Assembly: GCA_964263725.1 (NCBI GenBank)
Contig: CAXVWN010000104.1
Span: 766 to 64,765, forward strand
Origin: Spirosoma sp.
Lineage (GTDB): Bacteria; Bacteroidota; Bacteroidia; Cytophagales; Spirosomataceae
Direction of reading: 5' to 3'
DNA: 64,000 nt
The position numbers and the translations under genes were made by a program. This document shows positions 58,959-64,000 of the stretch, piece after piece (the first letter of the stretch is position 1; every line of letters starts with the position of its first letter). The notes below the pieces were generated by a model. The model saw only the letters and a program-made list of their open reading frames with translations, was not told the origin of the DNA and ran no database searches.

Positions 58959-59915
58959 CTACCGGTGTGGCAGTAGGCGTAATGTACTATAAAGTTTAGC
59001 GACTGGTCCTGGCACAATATAGTCTCTAATCACATCTTTTGCTTTATCCCAACCCGGTTTGGCCATATAAAGATACTTGAAGGCTATACGGGCTCGTCGG
59101 AAATAACTATCCTGATATTGTTTGGCATCAAGCATCATTCTGTAATAGCGAGCTATGTTCCGGCGTAGAATGGCATCGTAGCGATAGTCGAGTTCCCGGT
59201 TGATGTCGCTGTACATTTGGATGCGGTTCCGCAGGAATGTTTCGTTCTGGTAGTTATCATGGAAACTGGCTCCGGCACGATTTTTTCGATACACTGACAT
59301 AACATCGGGGATATAGCCAATCTTGCCGAGTTTAGCTTTCAGAATCAACCGGGGAATGTCGCCACTCGAAGAATCCCGAAACCAGGCTGGATACTCCTTA
59401 ATACTGTTCCGATACATGGTACTCGATGTAGCCATAAACCAGACTTCATCTTCACCAATCAGGTCATCAACCGTATAAAACGGCTTCATATCGTCGCCAT
59501 TGAGTATATGCGATGGGCTGCCGTCCTCGTAGATAATCAATGCATTATGAAATGTCATTGAATAATCTAGATGCGCATCCAGGAGATCAGCCTGTTTCTG
59601 AAGTTTCAGCGGATTGGTCAAGTAATCATCCCCGTCAATTAAGGCATAATATTCACCCTTCGCTAGCTTCAGTGTCTCTAAAAAGTTAATACCGCCATTT
59701 TTACCCATGTTGTGCGGATGCAATACGCCAATAACCAGACCAGGATACTGACGTTCGTATTCCTGAATAATCTCCCGTGTACCATCAGTTGAAAAATCAT
59801 CGCCAACTAATATTTCGATAGGGAATGTCGTCTTCTGCGCCAAAACACTATCAATAGCCTCGCGGATGAATTTCTTCTGGTTATACGTGATAATCAGAAC
59901 ACTAACTTTTATCAT
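58959..59915 (-). CDS. Glycosyltransferase family 2
   Basis: VSVLIITYNQ, GDDFSTDGT, IDGDDY, KLQKQ, MSVYR. Confidence 0.92.
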   Translation of the reverse strand: MIKVSVLIITYNQKKFIREAIDSVLAQKTTFPIEILVGDDFSTDGTREIIQEYERQYPGLVIGVLHPHNMGKNGGINFLETLKLAKGEYYALIDGDDYLTNPLKLQKQADLLDAHLDYSMTFHNALIIYEDGSPSHILNGDDMKPFYTVDDLIGEDEVWFMATSSTMYRNSIKEYPAWFRDSSSGDIPRLILKAKLGKIGYIPDVMSVYRKNRAGASFHDNYQNETFLRNRIQMYSDINRELDYRYDAILRRNIARYYRMMLDAKQYQDSYFRRARIAFKYLYMAKPGWDKAKDVIRDYIVPGPVAKLYSTLRLLPHR

Positions 59916-59929
59916 AATAATCTGTAGTA

Positions 59930-59988
59930 AGGAATAAGCTGGGAGGCATCAGAAAAGTTTCCTCTCTGATGCCTCCCAGCTTATTCCT
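59930..59988. repeat. Intra-operon perfect hairpin with 24-bp arms
   Basis: aggaataagctgggaggcatcaga / tctgatgcctcccagcttattcct, 11-nt loop. Confidence 0.85.
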
Positions 59989-60000
59989 ATCACCTTACGT

Positions 60001-60813
60001 TTATATAGTTGTTTCTTTAGCCGTTTGAATCTGGGCTTTCCAACCCTGAGGCTCATCTTTTTCAGCCGGTTTGGCCCAGGGATCGTAGAAAGGCAGAATA
60101 GCTACCCAACGTCCAGCAGGATCATCCCAGCTAAAACGGTCGGCAAAGCTGGATGGACTAACCCAGTGCGGCAGGTCATAGCGGAATAAAATCAAATCAC
60201 CGATGTCCTGATAACCTTCTGTTTCAACAATATGGTCGTTGATAACATAGCCTGTACCACCTGAATTATAGTCTTTTCTGTATTGATTCAATGCCAGAAT
60301 AGTGCCAACTTTTTGCGGATTAAGCGGGTGCCAGTGGCGACCGAAGAAACTGCCTCCCAGTGGATAGTGAGTTACCTGCGGATGAAAATAAGGTTGACCC
60401 TTGTGGACACCATATTCTTCGTTATTTCCGGTCAGGTTATTCCAGAACTGACGCATTGGTGTAAAAACACGCATTAAGGTCTGTTGCGTTGGCTCCTCAA
60501 GGTCAAGAATGGCATCGAAGGTATGATCGTGAAACAGTTGCGGAGCTTGCTGAATTTTGGCAATGTGCAACCGCTGCTTGTGCTGGTTATTGTCGAATGG
60601 GTCGGGAGCTTCGGCCAGAGGAGTTTTGGCTGCCCAGGTATGCGTGGCCTTTATAACGTCACGAAGTGTTTCCTCCGGAATACCCGTTTTAATAATAACA
60701 ATATTTGGTTCGTTGACGAGTCGCATTACCTCTTCATAAGGAATCTCAGGCACAATTTCGCCATCCTTGAATTGAGCGTCAACTTTTATAATATATTTTG
60801 CTACTTCTTCCAT
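60001..60813 (-). CDS. Hypothetical protein, 2OG-Fe(II) oxygenase-like (DSBH) with HxH motif
   Basis: QVTHYPLGGSFFGRHWHP...DYNSGG...GDLILFRYDLPHWVSP...GRWVAIL. Confidence 0.6.
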   Translation of the reverse strand: MEEVAKYIIKVDAQFKDGEIVPEIPYEEVMRLVNEPNIVIIKTGIPEETLRDVIKATHTWAAKTPLAEAPDPFDNNQHKQRLHIAKIQQAPQLFHDHTFDAILDLEEPTQQTLMRVFTPMRQFWNNLTGNNEEYGVHKGQPYFHPQVTHYPLGGSFFGRHWHPLNPQKVGTILALNQYRKDYNSGGTGYVINDHIVETEGYQDIGDLILFRYDLPHWVSPSSFADRFSWDDPAGRWVAILPFYDPWAKPAEKDEPQGWKAQIQTAKETTI

Positions 60814-60891
60814 GGTTATTCGCTTACTGATTTGCTGTCACAAAGTAGATAGGTATCCAGAGAAAATACAAATCTCGGCTACTGATTTTGC

Positions 60892-61839
60892 TCATACAAC
60901 GGGCTGAGTTGCGAAGCCAAATCCCGATGCGCCAAAACCATTTCCGTTATATAACATAACCCATTGATCATGGTTCTTGAAAATATGACAATAATCCATC
61001 ATCATTGAATCCCAACCATCAGCCGACCGTTCGATACCTGCCAATTCATCTTTCCGTTCCCAGCTTATACCGTCTTTCGACTCAGCATACCCAATTCGGT
61101 AACTGCGCTGAACATCGGTACGGTAGTTGGTCGCGTTACGATACGAAAAATACATTTTGTACAAATCTCCATCCTTATATACTGTCGGGCGACCAATGGC
61201 ATCCGTGAACTGGTCGTAACCTACACAGACATGGCCTGTGCGCTCCCAGTTAATACCATCTTTCGATTCAGCATACTTAACATCATAAAAGGGTTCGGGA
61301 TGGCCGTTGATCACCTCAATTTTAGTACAGGACAAATACCACATTCGCCAATTGATAGATCCGTCGGCTTGTTCCTCCCGCATAACGCAGGGCTGCGCTA
61401 TCCAAACCTGATCGTAGATAGACCGGTCGAGCAGAGGGCCTGTGTATTTACGCTCAAAGGTTAATCCGCCATCGCGGCTGATTGCCAACCCGATAGAAAG
61501 TCGATAACTAGCCGTTTCGCTTTTATTCCACCCTGTGTAATATAACCAGATTTCGTCACCTACTGGTAAAAACCAGGAAGGCATGGTTCCTGTTTCGTCG
61601 AACATGCCAACTTCACCTTTGCTCAAACAGGCTTTGTCGTGAATGTAGGTTACTTCCGACAAGTTATCAGGGTTAACCTCAACGAATGAAACAGCCGATG
61701 CAATGCTTTCATCGCGCGTAGAGAAATACACCCGCAATTTATCCCCCATAGGATAACCAAATGGAACTTGTGCGTGTGTGCGACTAAACGGTTGTGAACC
61801 GTCGGGTTTATAGACCAGTCCTTCTTTTTGCCAAATCAT
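60892..61839 (-). CDS. Five-bladed beta-propeller glycosidase-like protein (GH32/43/130-like fold)
   Basis: Repeated blades with WLYYTG, MWYLS, MYFSYR, MLYNGNG and Asp-box-like S.DG..W/F motifs; no signal peptide. Confidence 0.7.
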   Translation of the reverse strand: MIWQKEGLVYKPDGSQPFSRTHAQVPFGYPMGDKLRVYFSTRDESIASAVSFVEVNPDNLSEVTYIHDKACLSKGEVGMFDETGTMPSWFLPVGDEIWLYYTGWNKSETASYRLSIGLAISRDGGLTFERKYTGPLLDRSIYDQVWIAQPCVMREEQADGSINWRMWYLSCTKIEVINGHPEPFYDVKYAESKDGINWERTGHVCVGYDQFTDAIGRPTVYKDGDLYKMYFSYRNATNYRTDVQRSYRIGYAESKDGISWERKDELAGIERSADGWDSMMMDYCHIFKNHDQWVMLYNGNGFGASGFGFATQPVV

Positions 61840-61895
61840 TAAATTCAGTTCTTATATGTATGGATCTACCAGAGTATAGTCACGGCAGATAGACA

Positions 61896-62969
61896 TTAAA
61901 TAGTTGGTAATAAGCGCGCTGCCATACTGTGGTGAATCTGGGTCATCGTTTCTTTCAAATCGAATGTCCAGTCCCAGCCTGGGTAATGCTGCTTGAATTT
62001 GGTCAGGTCAGAAATGTACCAGATATGGTCGCCACTGCGGTTAGTTTCCGAATACTGGTAGTTCATTTTGTTGCCCGAAATGGTCTCGCAAAGAGCAATG
62101 GCTTCCAGCATTGAGCAGTTGGCATAGCGGCCACCGCCCGCATTGTACACTTCGCCCGGACGGGGGTTTTGGTAGAAATGCCAGAACATATTTACTAAAT
62201 CCCAGCTATGGATATTGTCGCGAACCTGTTTGCCTTTATAGCCAAAAATAGTATACTGATTACCTGTAATGGCACATTTCATTAAGTACGACAGGAATCC
62301 GTGCAGTTGCGCTCCCGAGTGATTTGGCCCTGTCAGGCAACCACCCCGAAACACACCTGTATTCATGCCGAAGTAACGACCGTACTCTTGCACCATAATA
62401 TCAGCGGCCACCTTAGAGGCCCCAAAAACGGAGTGCTTCGTATGATCAATACTCATATGCTCGTCGATGCCGTTTTTGAAATACGGATGATTTTCGTCGA
62501 TTTCCCAACGCGTTTCAGTTTCTATGAGCGGCAGAAAATTTGGATTATCGCCGTATACTTTATTCGTTGAGGTAAAAATAAATACAGCCTCAGGACAATG
62601 CAGGCGGGTCATTTCCAGCATATTGAGCGTACCGACCGCATTAACACTAAAATCGGTGAACGGCTCACGGGCGGCCCAGTCATGGCTTGGCTGCGCAGCC
62701 GTATGAAGTACTAGCTTAATATCAGTACCAAATTCACCAAAAATTGTCTCCAATTGTGCTACTTCCCGAATATCGGCTGGCCGATGCTGGTAATTGCCGT
62801 AGGTTCCCGACAGGCGGTTTTTGTTCCACTCAGTAGAGCCATCAGCTCCAAAAAAGTACTGCCGCATGTTGTTGTCAATGCCAATGATCAAGTCGAATTT
62901 ATCAGCAAAGAAAGCAACTGCTTCACTGCCTATTAAACCAGCAGAACCCGTAATTAATGCAATTTTCAT
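61896..62969 (-). CDS. NAD-dependent epimerase/dehydratase, CDP-paratose 2-epimerase-like
   Basis: [45 protein letters not shown]. Confidence 0.88.
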   Translation of the reverse strand: MKIALITGSAGLIGSEAVAFFADKFDLIIGIDNNMRQYFFGADGSTEWNKNRLSGTYGNYQHRPADIREVAQLETIFGEFGTDIKLVLHTAAQPSHDWAAREPFTDFSVNAVGTLNMLEMTRLHCPEAVFIFTSTNKVYGDNPNFLPLIETETRWEIDENHPYFKNGIDEHMSIDHTKHSVFGASKVAADIMVQEYGRYFGMNTGVFRGGCLTGPNHSGAQLHGFLSYLMKCAITGNQYTIFGYKGKQVRDNIHSWDLVNMFWHFYQNPRPGEVYNAGGGRYANCSMLEAIALCETISGNKMNYQYSETNRSGDHIWYISDLTKFKQHYPGWDWTFDLKETMTQIHHSMAARLLPTI

Positions 62970-63097
62970 ATCAGTTTGAATGCGTAATGCGGCTTTTATA
63001 ACCAAATAATACTACTTCTTTAATAATTTGACTGAACAAAGTAACGCAAAAATTCAGACTTACATTCCTTTTTGTCACCTCTGTTTAGTAAGCGGGT

Positions 63098-63157
63098 AAA
63101 CAAAACGACAGCGATGAATCAGCGTCTATGCGCCAATCCATCGCTGTCGTTTTGTTT
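63098..63157 (-). terminator. Terminator after the lipoprotein gene
   Basis: 19-bp arms aaacaaaacgacagcgatg / catcgctgtcgttttgttt. Confidence 0.7.
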
Positions 63158-63168
63158 GTCAATTAAGT

Positions 63169-63450
63169 TTATGCGCCCTGCTGAAGAGATTTGTTTTGAC
63201 CGAATAATTTCTCACGGATTTTTTGGGTCCGGGCATCCAAGTCTGGATTAGGCGTGTATTTATATTTTGATTGTACAGCCGCAGAATCTCTGCCAGCGCC
63301 ATATACTTCAGGATCACCCGCCCGGTAATCTGCCCGGTAGTCGTCGACCCGGTAGTCGTTCTGGCGGATTGAGTTATATTTTTGATAGTCGCAGGATGCC
63401 AGCGATAATACCGCTACAGCCAACAAACCTATACTTAGTACGCGTTTCAT
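63169..63450 (-). CDS. Small hypothetical lipoprotein
   Basis: MKRVLSIGLLAVAVLSLASC lipobox; internal DYR x3 repeat. Confidence 0.75.
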   Translation of the reverse strand: MKRVLSIGLLAVAVLSLASCDYQKYNSIRQNDYRVDDYRADYRAGDPEVYGAGRDSAAVQSKYKYTPNPDLDARTQKIREKLFGQNKSLQQGA

Positions 63451-63527
63451 AGCCACTTGATTACGAATTGATTCAGCAAAAATAGGTTAGACCTCTTAGG
63501 TTTCCAAACGGGAACCCTGACTTCTTA

Positions 63528-64000
63528 TTAAGCAACATTCTTCAATTTTTCAATCTCCTCCCAAACAAATCCCATTAATTCCTTAATGTGCTCGTAAGAA
63601 AAGTCAAATGGTACGTTGGCAGCCGCATAAATTTCGCGAATTGGCGCTTTATACCCTAAACTCAGCGCTTTCTTATAACCTGCCAATCCTGCTTGCGGAT
63701 CACGACGGTAGTTGCGCCACACACCAATAGCACCCAACTGAGCAATGCCGTATTCGATATAGTAAAACGGCACCTCATAAAGATGTAACTGCCTCTGCCA
63801 CAAATACTCTTGATAAAAAGCAAACCCATCCCAATTAGTAATCGTATCAGTAAACTGGTTATAAATACGGAGCCAGTTCTCCCGTCGGTCAGCATCCGTA
63901 TGGGTAGGATTTTCATAAATCCAGTGCTGAAACTTATCAATTGTAGCAACCCAGGGAAGCGTTTCGATAATGGATTCGAGGTGTTGAAGCTTGGCTCGTC
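63528..64000 (-). CDS. M3-family oligoendopeptidase F, 3' part; runs off the window end
   Basis: Frame open from 63998: LPWVATIDKFQHWIYENP...WQRQLHLYEVPFYYIEYGIAQLGA. Confidence 0.92.
   Translation of the reverse strand, partial: RAKLQHLESIIETLPWVATIDKFQHWIYENPTHTDADRRENWLRIYNQFTDTITNWDGFAFYQEYLWQRQLHLYEVPFYYIEYGIAQLGAIGVWRNYRRDPQAGLAGYKKALSLGYKAPIREIYAAANVPFDFSYEHIKELMGFVWEEIEKLKNVA

Noticed and set aside
63528-64000. Apparent frameshift or truncation of oligoendopeptidase F (track shows only 91 aa)
   Set aside because: Re-reading the A5 run near 63815 shows the frame is continuous to the window edge; the short call is an ORF-finder artefact.

Overview
A mostly core-genome window from a Bacteroidota bacterium, probably Cytophagales (Spirosoma-like). 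The assignment is inferred from protein families, T9SS cargo genes and TAnnTTTG promoter elements. Housekeeping genes: rpsA (partial), smpB, ispH, hpt, a stand-alone nuoD, rpmG, DUF4295/bL38, ftsY, rimO, bshC, asd, pyrC, hemB, tadA-like and sodA. There are three tRNAs: Leu-CAG, His-GTG and Arg-TCG. Two small conserved genes (DUF2256, DUF4295) and the two window-edge genes (rpsA, oligoendopeptidase F) are missing or truncated in the ORF track. No integrase, transposase, prophage or CRISPR array was seen. The best candidates for undescribed biology are: (1) an AT-rich, Fur-box-preceded operon next to tRNA-Leu that combines a TonB-dependent receptor, two lipoproteins (DUF4856, imelysin) and a vitamin K-dependent gamma-carboxylase homolog with its catalytic motifs retained; (2) a glycan cluster with a 2OG-Fe(II)-oxygenase-like protein carrying HxH instead of HxD and an SDR epimerase with FxxxK instead of YxxxK; (3) an H-type pseudoknot in the rpsA leader. 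All family calls come from motif recognition by eye; no searches were run.
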